DNA from: Jimgerdemannia flammicorona
Lineage: Eukaryota
Length of the DNA: 33,555 nucleotides
Assembly (NCBI GenBank): GCA_003990765.1
Contig: RBNJ01000306.1
Span: forward strand, 1 to 33,555
Direction: 5' to 3'
Shown: piece after piece, positions 23,911-33,555 of the stretch
Numbering within the stretch: position 1 is the first letter of the stretch
Layout of the letters: every line of letters begins with the position of its first letter
Program-made: the position numbers and the translations under genes
Notes under the pieces: model-generated
Told to the model about the DNA's origin: nothing
Databases searched by the model: none
The model's input: only the letters and a program-made list of their open reading frames with translations

Positions 23911-25905
23911 TCTGGTGATTAGGTTGTTGAGGTGGTGCAGAGTAGTAACAGTTGCTCATGTTGTTGTTCGGGGTTTTCAGTTAGGGCAGGTGCTGGCCAT
24001 GTGTCCTGTCTTTCAGCAATAGAAGCATGCTCCACTTCTTCAAAGTTCATTCCTTTCGCCTTCAGTGAGTTTCTTGAAGGTACTTGGTTGGGTGGGTTCA
24101 TGATTTCTGGGTGTCCAAGAGGTGGATGTGGAGGGAGTATGGGATGCTTCATGCTTGGGTTTGTCTTTCTTGGTCCAAGTCTTTTCCTTGTTGTTGAATT
24201 GCCTTTGGGGCAGAATCGGTCCAGCTGATAGGATTTGCTTGACCATAGTCTTGATTCTTACCAGGCACTATTGTTAGTGATCACAACCAACCAGGCAGCC
24301 TTGTACTCAAATTTTTCTAGTAAGCCATTCAGGCAGTGCATCAGATAAATGGTCTGCTCTTGTACCATTTTGTGCTTCATCATTGACATTGTATCCTAGG
24401 CCAACAGTGTTCAGGAGTGACTCAAGTTTTGTACAGAAGGTTTTGAATTCTTCTTTGCCATATACATCAAATTTAAGGTTGTGGAGTTTTACTCGAGATT
24501 CAGCAATCATGGTTTTACTGCAGTATTGAGCAATCATGAGTTGTTTGAGTCCAGGGGCTGCAGGATGAGCTCCATATCCTGGGGCATTGTTTGCTGTATT
24601 CTGAGCAACTACTGTAGGTCGGGTATCCCATGTGAGGGGTTTTTCAGAAAGGGTTTACCTCCATTCTTCAGCAGGTCCTTGGAAGAATGTAACAACTTGG
24701 TGGACATAGGCTGTAGTGGTAGCAAAGAGTTGTTCCAGAGTGTAGTCTTGATTGTATGTCAGAACACAGTCAGCAACTTGCTCATTGGTCCATTGATTGG
24801 CTTTGAAGTTAGTATCAACTACACTAATAAAGCTTTGGACTTCTTGTATAGTACCATTCAAGGTAGGTAGGCTCAGATTTTTGGTAGATCAGGTCTGTTC
24901 AGCTAAGGCAGTAATGGTTGCTGCCATTATTGCTACCTGGGCTGTGAGGTTTAGAATCTGTTGGTTCACTATGTTGTTTGCTAGAAGTGGTTGGACTGCT
25001 GGTAGTGGTGTTACTGGTACTACTTGAGGTACTGGTGCAGAGTGTGATGGGGTTCTTTGGATCTGTATAAGTTGCTGGAGTAGTAGTTGTGGGTCTGGAG
25101 TGAGGGCTTGATAGATAACTGTTTGTTGCTGTATAGGTATATTCTGTCCTGATGGAGGTACTTCTCCTTCAGTGGTATATCCAGGATCAAATTCACTGAG
25201 ATACTCCTCCTCCTCTTCGGTTTGGTCCCTGTGTAATCAGTGTCAAAGTAGATGGAATAGTTGTATATCTGATTTCAGATGGACTTAATTCAAAGTCAAG
25301 TTCAGGTTTATTGTTGGTTTCAGGTTCAGGTAGAGCTGTAGCAGGGCCTGCTTCAGGTTCGAGGTCAGGTAGTTGATGAAGGGTTTCTCTTGCTTCTTCT
25401 TTAAGAATATGGTGGGCCTTGCTGTTCTGGAATTGGTAGTATAATGTAGTCTTGGTCCTGGTATAGTGAAAGTCAGTAGAGTTGAGCCACTTGGCTACAG
25501 AGGCTTGGGCTTCATGAGGGACTAAGGCTAGAAAGATTACTGCTGGCTGTCTTAGGTCACTTGTATTTGTGGAGCTGACAAAACTCTTGTTGAGGAGAGT
25601 AAAGAAGGCTTCAATAAGACCTTCTTCATCTTGACTTACTGGGTGTAGTGCAAGGAGTTCAGTGAATAGGGTTTTGTCTATTTGCTGATTTAACTGGAGT
25701 ATTTCTTTCTTCAAATGAAGTTTGTTCCACTTGATGTAGGTGTGGAGGTCAATTTGTCCTTATATGTCAGGTTCAATTCTCTCCAGATTGTCAGATAGTT
25801 CAGGATAAATTCCAGTTCAGAGGTTGGGCTTTATACCAACTTGTAGGAATTCTCAGAAGAGTTTGTAGTGGGGTGAGGAAGCATCTTGAAGCAGATTTGT
25901 ATTGT

Positions 25906-25920
25906 AAACTGCTGCTACCA
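25906..25920 (-). promoter_or_regulatory. Primer-binding site of element C, initiator tRNA-Met type
   Basis: Minus strand TGGTAGCAGCAGTTT begins 3 nt after the 5' LTR; TGGTAGC matches the 3' end of eukaryotic tRNAi-Met. Confidence 0.8.
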
Positions 25921-26601
25921 AGTTGTAAGAGGGTTGCTTTTTTGGGTATCCATTATATAGTTCTAGGAGCATTTTCTGAAAGTTCTGGATATCCTGAAAG
26001 ACCGTTTTCTTATGGTCAAGATCAATTTCATATGGAGTATGTCCTCTATGCTTATTGATTTCAAGTTTGGGTTGATGTCTCAACCAAAGTCCTTTTTCAG
26101 ACCAGTTCTGAATGTTCAGGATTTTCCATATTTCAGGAAGTTCAAGAAACAAAGACCAGCTTAGTTGAATTGGCGTATCATGGCAGACAATACCCAATTA
26201 GGAAATTTCGTGATGGGATTAGGAGTGGGACCTAACAGGGAGCAGATTTACTTAAGAGTGGTTTGTAGGTTATTAAATAGATTTATTCGCTATTCATGAT
26301 ATTGCTATACTAGGAGTAGTTGTAAAAAGGGATATTGTGGGGAAGTGCTCAGGAGTTGTGTTCAGATTGTTCAAGTCTGATATTCTGAGGTCTGGGGGAG
26401 GGTGTATTTATACTAGTGAGGGGCTATCTGGACTATACTAGATATGGGTGTAGTACTTAAGAACTTTGCTGAGTCAGAATGCAGTTACATAGTACAAGTG
26501 TGATCTGATATATCAAGAGATCGACTGACTGCTGAGTCAGTTCACAGTCATATCGTACAAGACTAATCTAACTATACTATGACTGCTAAGCTATTTATGA
26601 T

Positions 26602-27699
26602 TTAGGCACTATCTGGGTAGTCTTCGATGACATCACCATCGATAACATCATCTCTGATGAAGTGATCATCCAGGAAGAGTGGTTTGTAGATTACTTCTCC
26701 TTGTTGGCTGAGGTAGTAATATATTGGGACTTCATCACCATCCTACAGGATGGCATCATCTGTCTCATATGCTGGATAAGGTGTTGGTGGGCAAAGGAGC
26801 AGTGCATCATCTTCACTTTCATTGGTTTCGCTATCTGCATACCTTTTATAGGTTACAGCACTATGAGTCATGGGGTTGTAGTAAGCTGGAGGCTGTGGTT
26901 CATGTCACTTGTACTCAGGTGGTGGAGTGGTTTGTTCAATCTCAAGGGTTGTCTGGAGGTATAGGTTATGTTCCCCAGTCTCTTCATTGTAGTTGAAGTA
27001 ATCAGAAGTGAATGTGAGTTGGTATTCATACCAGTGGTCATTGTCCCAATAAGTCTCGTATGCTGTTATGAATTGTTGTAAGTTCATCGGCAAGGTTGGT
27101 AGTGTGATCAGGGTTGGCAGAGATCCTTGGCTTGAGGTCATGTTGGCATCAGAGGGATCATTGTCTTCTGCTTCGTCTTCATTGAAGTGGATTATATCTT
27201 AGACATCCTTCATGGCATATCCGACTTGGGGCATTTGCAGGATATAATCATTGGGGTGGGAGAAGGTTCTGTCTGTGGTTTCAATGTACTCAAGGTACTT
27301 GTGGTTGAGTTCTTGTATCATGTCATTGATTTGGCCATAGGACAGGATATCAACCATTTCGGCTATAGTAACTCAGAGGTGGGGAATAACAGTGCTATAT
27401 TCATAGAAGAGTTCTCAGTATTTGCTGGCAATGAGTTTCTGGTGTTGAGACATCTGGGTAATGTCTGTATTGTGGTAGTGTTCAACCATGTCTTCCAGGA
27501 GGCGGCCAATCTGGTAGTAGCTTGAGATTTGTCCAATCCAGTGGGCCTCGTTCAGCATGTTCAGAGCATTCCATCAGGCTTCCATAAAGTAGAGGGGTGC
27601 TAGGCTATGGATATTCATGAGGGGCAGAGGGGGTGTAACTTGGTTGACAATGGCATTCCAAATGTCAGTGCGGATACAGTTATAGATCTTGGTAGTCAT
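26602..27699 (-). pseudogene. LTR-embedded ORF of unknown function, 5' LTR copy (365 codons plus stop)
   Basis: ATG 27699 to TAA 26602 is 1098 nt in one frame: MTTKIYNCIRTDIWNAIVNQVTPPLPLMNIHSLAPLYF...GDVIEDYPDSA*; internal stops are mostly TGA or TAG. Confidence 0.72.
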
Positions 27700-27874
27700 G
27701 TTTGTATGTTTGGAAGTTGGGGTTGTTGTTTGTTGTGGTTCTCTGTTTCAATGCATCTCAGTGCTTGGTATATATGCATTTGGTCCTGATTGGTAAGATT
27801 CTGTTTATGGGAATCTTGTGTTCTATGACTTCATATTGACTCAGCTTTGTGTGCTGTGACTTTGGTTTGACTCA
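27700..27874 (-). promoter_or_regulatory. Putative promoter of the LTR-embedded ORF
   Basis: TGACTCA at 27837-27843 and 27868-27874, minus-strand CCAAT ~27789-27793, TATATA 27769-27774, A/C-rich leader ending ACAAAC-ATG. Confidence 0.55.
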
Positions 27875-28944
27875 GCTTTATGATCAAGCAGGTGATTTCC
27901 AGATTTGTTTGGAGGTTGTGTGTGATTTCAGTGGCTTGTTCAGAGGGTGATGTGTGATTTTGGTTGCTTGTTCAGAGGGTGATATGTGATTTTGGTGGCT
28001 TGGAGGTTGTGAGCTTACAGGTATTCAAACAGTTTTTCTAGAGCAAAGAAGGCTGGCTTTTGATGTCCTTGGAGTCTATGGGGATCTCATGGAATCCTGC
28101 AAAAAGGTTTATATTGCTAAAGTACATATCTGGCATCTTGTAACTAATCCAAAAGGTCATTGATTCTGGGCAAAGAATAGGCATCCTTTTTAGTGACTGA
28201 ATTGAGTTTCCTGTAATCTATATAGAGTCTCCATCCTCCTTTCTTTGGCACAATAAGTATAGGGCTGGCCCAAGGGCTGGTAGATGGTCGAATAACTCCA
28301 TTGTCTAAGAGTTCTTGAATGTGCTCCTTTTTGAATATTCTTAAGTAATGGGATATTCTATAGGATTTCTGTCAGATGGGTGTTACTTTTCCTGAATTTA
28401 TACTGTGGTGATATGATGGGTTATATGGCAGGTTGCTATAATCAGTAGTGAAGATATCTTGAATTTGTTGAGGTTTCCCTGGTTGTTGCCATTGTTGAGG
28501 TGTCAATTCATCTCCAATGTTGGTGGAAGGCTTCACTGTCTCTTCAATCACAGAGGGGCCTTTCCTTTCTTCTGGGACCTTTTGCTGTTTCCCAATAAGT
28601 TTAGTTCATAAACTTCCCAATGAGTTCAGTTGAGAAAAGGCATCTGGTGCCCTATGATGGTTCCTTTTGGTAAGATGATGGTTACCCAACTTTAGTTGGT
28701 TGCTTAGGAGTGCACTGGATTCATCTTGTTAGGGAATGTGTGTCTTTCTATATCCGAGTGTGAGATATCTTCATTGGGTTCAAAGAAAAGATTCCTGGGG
28801 TCGGGAGGTGCAATGATTTCGAAGATAGTTTGTTCTCCAGGCTCCAGAATGAGATTCTTGTGCAGTTTGACTGGTTGGCAGTACACTTGCTGGGAAACAT
28901 TTCTCTTGAGGTGGTTGACTTGAAGGAGATGTACTTCCTTCTTG

Positions 28945-29075
28945 TCTGATCTACCAAATCCTTTGGCTTGTCTTGTTCCTTCAGTTAGTTTAGAGACTTC
29001 TTGTAATTGTGGCATCTTGACCTTCATGAAGACTGCTTGGATGATCTTCTGTCCTCTAATGATTTGGTACCTATA

Positions 29076-29118
<43 letters not shown>

Positions 29119-29415
29119 ATTTGGTACCATTCTGTACTACTATTGTATAGAATGATCTTGATTTCACCTGTATATCCTGGATCAATGGTTCCTCCTTCTA
29201 CAGTTATTCCTTATCTGGCAAGTCCACACCTTGAGGTCAATTGGATGTAAGCTCCTTGGGGTAGTTGCATGGCTAGTCCAGTTCTAATCATGAATGTTTT
29301 TCCAGGCTTAATAGATTCATCCTCCAGACTGTGAAGATCATATCCTATATCTTCTGAGTGTGCTTTGGTCAGGGGATTGGCCTTGGGATGTAATAGGGCA
29401 TACTAGGCAACATCC
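28945..29415 (-). pseudogene. dut: dUTPase domain of element A (between protease and RT), interrupted by a poly(A) insertion
   Basis: DIGYDLHS, RTGLAMQLPQG, TSRCGLA, GGTIDPGYTGEI, IIQAVF, TRQAKGFGRS. Confidence 0.92.
29072..29114 (+). mobile_element. Tail-only retro-insertion: TATATAT plus poly(A), flanked by a 14-bp TSD
   Basis: AATGATTTGGTACC at 29058-29071 and 29115-29128; removing the insert restores the dUTPase frame. Confidence 0.9.
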
Positions 29416-32400
29416 TTGCTAAGTTCAGCCTGTCCTTGGGCTGAGGCTCTACTGGTAAAGAGCCTCCAGGCTCTGAGATTGAGGTGTGGCCACCTGGCTC
29501 CAGTGGAGGGGTCTCAGAGGTAGTTGATTCCTCTTCTTCCTGTTGGGTCTAGGGCTTCCATAAAGTTGGTGGCATCTTCTACCCATCCTTAGTAGATTGC
29601 ATATCTGATAAGAGCTAGGATATCTTCTCCTAAATTATAGATCTTGAGAGTCCTTCTTCCAGGCTTTTTGGTTTGGCATTTTCAGATCTGGCTTCAGTTA
29701 TCTTCTCTTTTCAAAGTGTGGATTGCAATATCATGACTGAGATGGATCTTCTGATGTCTGCAGTCTCAGCAGTCTGGGTGTCTTCTATGATTGCAATATC
29801 CCATTATATGGAAATGATGTTCCTGGTTATTGATCTCTTGTTGTCTTGGGAATTGGTACCCATCTTGGTCATAAGTTGGTGGAAGAGTAGACAAGGGGTA
29901 TACTTCTGTCTGGGTGAAGAGGCCTTATCCTCTGAATTGGCTTTGCAAATGGTGATATCTTCTTGGAAGGGAGTTAACTGTGCAACTGTGTTTGGGGGTT
30001 CTGGTCTCTGGGGTCTCTGTCTCTCCTGTTGATCTAGTAGATGACACTGATAGCAGTAGTCTTGAGAAGAGTGGAAGACCATTTGGTGTGGACATCTTCC
30101 TAGCTAAAAAACCTTTTCCTGGTGAGTTTTGTTTTTGGAGATAATGGCGATTATACTGGGTCCTTCTTCTATATTTCAAGAGTCATTGTCTTCCAGTAGT
30201 ATCTAGTCAGGGTCATCCCAGAGAATGAGTTCAGGGACTTCTTCCTCTTTGGGTACTTCTTGTTTAGAAACTTCTTGGTTAGGAACTTCTTCTTCCTCAG
30301 ATGATTCTTGTTTCCAAATTGCTTGTACTTCTGCAGCTTCAGATACAGATGTTTCAGGAGTATGTCTGCATTTTTTCTTCTTCTTTCTGCATTCAGAGCA
30401 GGCTGTATCAGGCGAATTCCTTTTCCCAATAATCTTGGAGGAGTACTCAGGGCACTTGTGTCTCTTGAGACAGGTGGGGCATCCTTTGATTTCTCCTGCA
30501 ATGGCTCTGATGGTAATAGGGACAGTGTTCTTGGTCTATATTGTCTTCTGGTCTATCATCCACTAGGTTTATTTGGGGGTTGAGTCTGGGATCATTTCCA
30601 TCTTCAGATTCTGTAGTAGACTCTTCACTGCGGACATATTCTTCCTGAATAGTGACCTTCTTCTTCTTCTTTGACTAGAAATCTTAACTCTGTACTTCTT
30701 GTCTCAGTAGTCAAACTTGAGTACTTGTTGTCCAATATCAACAACTGCATTCATTTCCTTCATCCAGTTAGTGCTAAGAATTATGTCATAGGTAACAGCT
30801 TCAGTGACAACAGCTTTTGGGATAGAGAACTAAATGTGTCCAAGAGAGATGGTGATATTTCATACTTCTCCAAGAAGTTGAGTTCAGGCTCTATCTGCTA
30901 CTATGATGCTGAGGTTGGATGGTCCATCAATGGGCCATTGGAGGGTGTCCAGGAATCATTTGGTAATGACACAGATAGCTGTTTCTGTATTTATGAGGAT
31001 ATTCACTTTTTGTCCTCCAATATCTCTATGTAAGTAGATGCTGATATACCTTTCAGCTGCTTGGACTGAGATGGAAACTGGTTCTTGCTGTAGGATTGGA
31101 ACTCAGCCAGTGCTAGACCTGGTGGTTCTCAGCAATTTTTTTCGAACTCCAGCTGGTGTCAGTTACAGGAACTGCAGGAGAGGGACTTCCATCTTGGCCT
31201 CTTGAATCTTCTGCCAGGCTTCATTGTAGATGTCTCTAGGCATGGTATTTGGAGTGTACTTCTTCTTGGGCTTTGGAGCAGCATGTTCCCATCCTTCTTG
31301 TTTCATTTCTTCATCCTCTAGTAGTAGCTCATTTGTCTCAGAGACAAAAGGTGAAGAATTCCAGAGAGGTGGTTCTACTTGTTCCTCTTCATGTTCTTTA
31401 TCTTCCTCTTGGATGATTCTTCTGCTAATATTTCTGAATGGTCTTCCTATAGGTCTCTTTCTTTTCTCTGCTAGATAGACTATTTTCCAAGTAGTAACCT
31501 TAGTAGAGTACAAGTCTAGATCACTGTAGTCTTCACTATTGCTTGCTTCCTCAAAATCTTCAACAGGATGAGCTTCAGTCTTTTTATACTGAGTGTCATT
31601 TCTTTGGTTTGATGATTCTGAGTCCCTTTGGTCACTTCTTTTATTGTCACATTCAGTGGTATAGTGTCTGAATTGTCCACAGTAGAAGCATTAGACTTGG
31701 GCTCTGTCTCAGACAGACTATCTTCTTTCTTCTTGCTGGTATTTCCTGTTATCTCTTGGTAGATAACCTTGGCTCCTCTGTGGTGGGTATCCTCTGTTGT
31801 CTTGGTAGCTCCAATTTTCACGTGTAGTGAGTTTTTCAATCTGTCCAACCAATTGGTCCAACTTGGAGCTGAGGTCTTAGATTTTGCTTCTGTTCTTCTT
31901 TCCTTCTTTATCTGGTCTTCTTTCTTCAGATCTTTCTTGTCCTTAAAGGAGTCCTTGTAGGGCTTTGACCAGGATGTCTTCTTTATCTTCTTTCTTATTA
32001 TGATCACTCCTGATAGTTTCTTGTCTAAAATCAAAGAATCCTTGGGCTGCATCTACTTACTCTTCAGACCTTCCGATGCCTAGGGTGTGGACATGCTGAG
32101 CAATGTTTGGGGAAATCCCATTCATGAAGATCATTGGACCTATAATGTCCTAGTTGGTGGTATTGAACCTTGTAGCATGCATTCTCTTCTGGATCCTTGT
32201 GAAGAAGGCTCTGGGAAATTATCTAAGATTCATCTTCATCCTCATGATAGATTCTTGAGCCTTGTGGTGGGGTTCATTTCCTGCATACTTTTCAATAAAC
32301 CAGTGGACCATAGTCACATATTCTAGCTCATAAGATAGTACTGCTTATATCTGTCTTGCCAGTTCTGAATTCAGATTATTTGCTGTTTGGTTGAAAATTC

Positions 32401-33089
32401 CTCTGGCTGGTTGTCTGAGCTGGGCCTTGTAGATGGCAATTTTTCTTTTATCTAAAAGGTTCCTCAGGGCTGTGATTCCTTCAATTCCATCAAGGAATTC
32501 TCTGGGATCTTCCTCTGGGTATCCTGCAAATATTGGCAATTAGGTGGCCATTTTATTATCACTTTCTTCTGATTCTGGTTCTGGTCCAGATTCTGATTCT
32601 AATTCACTTTCTGAGCTATCACTGGAGATGGGGGTGCTTGGATATCCTGAGGATGGTGTTCTGAACCTTGGATGAAGTAGAATGAGCCTAGGTATTCTTG
32701 TAGGATCTATTTCCAATTCTGCAAGGGCTTATGGTAAAGGTTCTATTGGTGAGATTGATGGGACTGGTATGGGGTGCCTGGCTGTAAGATCTTGGGCTTG
32801 TATAGTAAGATCTCCTAGTTCTTGTGCAAGTTCTTCAAAATCTCCAACAGAGACACCTGTATGGTCTCGTTGATTTGGTTGGGAATTTCAGGCTGGCCTG
32901 GCTTCTGGTTCTGATTGGGAACCTTCTGATGCTGGGTAGTTGGCAAGTCTTGATGTGATTACTTCTCTTTCTGTCCAGATGCTGGTAATAACTGGCTCTC
33001 CTATTGTGGCAGAGATTGGTGTTGTATCAAACATATCCAGTTTGACTGTGGGTTCTTGTGAGCTGAAAAGTCATGTCAATTTTGAAATC

Positions 33090-33107
33090 TTCCCAGTTGA
33101 GTCCCCA
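33090..33107 (-). promoter_or_regulatory. Primer-binding site of element A, tRNA-Pro type
   Basis: Minus strand TGGGGACTCAACTGGGAA begins 2 nt after the LTR end. Confidence 0.85.
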
Positions 33108-33109
33108 AA

Positions 33110-33555
33110 TATAATATACCTGGCTCAATGGAGGCAAATTACAAGGTTGGGAGTTGATGTAGTTTGGCTTGAGCCCCCAGTTAATTTATTAAAAGTAATA
33201 AAATATTCTAAGATTCCTGAGGTCCTTGTTGGTGTTTAGTGATATAATAGTCAAAGCTGGATGTCTGTAAGCAGTTTCCTTATTGGGACAGTTCTCTGGG
33301 TGTAGTGGCAATTTATGTGTAAATGGGTTTCCTTCTTGGATCAATCTGGGAATTGGTAGAATTTCGTATATAATATGACAATCTCTATATATGACAGTCT
33401 GGTATTTTGGCAGTTCTTCTTCTTGGGTGGTAATCTTCAAAAGTATGTGATTTCTGCATGATGATCTCTGTATAGCACAATGATCTCTATATAGCATGAC
33501 AGTCTCTGTATAGTATGACAATCTCTAAAAGTATGTAATTTCTGGTGGATAACTC
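33110..33555 (-). repeat. 5' LTR of element A (runs off the window)
   Basis: Collinear with 8063-~8505, including the 19-bp tandem repeats; adjacent to the PBS. Confidence 0.92.

Larger units (their letters stand above)
19849..25920 (-). pseudogene. Element C gag-pol: gag, CCHC, dUTPase, protease, RT, RNase H, integrase, chromodomain (disrupted)
   Basis: CFYC*KTGHMASTC (~23985-24030); MIDSGALGNFI; MPFGLTNA, VYIDDILVFS; TDHKSL..KENIVADVISR; WEQISMDFI, IVSD*DPKF. Gag runs in frame into dUTPase without a frameshift. Confidence 0.95.
17342..28019 (-). mobile_element. Element C: complete chromovirus-type Ty3/Gypsy retrotransposon, 10678 bp
   Basis: LTRs TGTAAG...CTTACA at 17342-19426 and 25924-28019; 5-bp TSD GGTAT (17337-17341, 28020-28024); PBS, PPT, all pol domains and chromodomain. 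Confidence 0.97.
25924..28019 (-). repeat. 5' LTR of element C (2096 bp)
   Basis: TGTAAG...CTTACA; followed on the minus strand by the PBS. Confidence 0.97.
28025..33075 (-). pseudogene. Element A gag-pol 5' part: gag, CCHC, protease, long spacer, dUTPase, RT N-terminus
   Basis: LPIFAGYPEEDPREFLDGIE; CFYCGQFRHYTTEC (~31650-31692); ILINTETAICVI (~30970-31005); [27 protein letters not shown]. Confidence 0.9.
8063..33555 (-). mobile_element. Element A: Ty3/Gypsy LTR retrotransposon (about 9.3 kb when insertions are removed), host of three nested insertions
   Basis: Matching LTRs at 8063-8939 and from 33110; PBS; collinear gag, PR, dUTPase, RT, RNaseH, IN; coding sequence is continuous across each insertion once TSDs are collapsed (LFEYL*MSFGLCN; LLKKGVPFK; TEWYQII). 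Confidence 0.92.

Noticed and set aside
28942..29250. ORF with a poly-Lys tract (and the poly-Phe ORF at 10859-11086)
   Set aside because: These are translations of retroelement poly(A)/poly(T) tails.
33090..33107. tRNA-like sequence as a tRNA gene (also 5352-5369 and 25906-25920)
   Set aside because: Only the 3'-terminal complement including CCA is present, next to LTRs; these are primer-binding sites.

Overview
No host gene is recognisable. The window is a eukaryotic (probably fungal; inferred) nest of decayed retrotransposons, almost all on the minus strand and strongly CpG-depleted. In order: (1) a poly(A) run and a plus-strand LTR (family A, 31-364) interrupting the RT of element E1; (2) E1 (365-7386), an old Ty3/Gypsy element with gag-PR-dUTPase-RT, a tRNA-Pro-type PBS and a ~2 kb LTR; (3) a very AT-rich spacer (7387-8062); (4) Ty3/Gypsy element A (8063 to beyond 33555; gag-PR-dUTPase-RT-RNaseH-IN). 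Element A carries three insertions with intact target-site duplications (TSDs): a full-length L1/Tx1-type LINE (11032-16905, 16-bp TSD), a complete chromovirus-type element C (17342-28019, 5-bp TSD, 2.1 kb LTRs, gag-dUTPase-PR-RT-RNaseH-IN-chromodomain) and a poly(A)-only retro-insertion (29072-29114, 14-bp TSD). Most notable observations: a reconstructable 365-codon gene with its own promoter inside the U3 of element C's LTR; a C-x-H-x10-12-C-x2-C motif plus dUTPase in all three LTR elements; and an identical 9-mer (GTACCATTC) at the same offset in both measurable poly(A)-tailed insertion sites. Domain boundaries were read by eye and are approximate.
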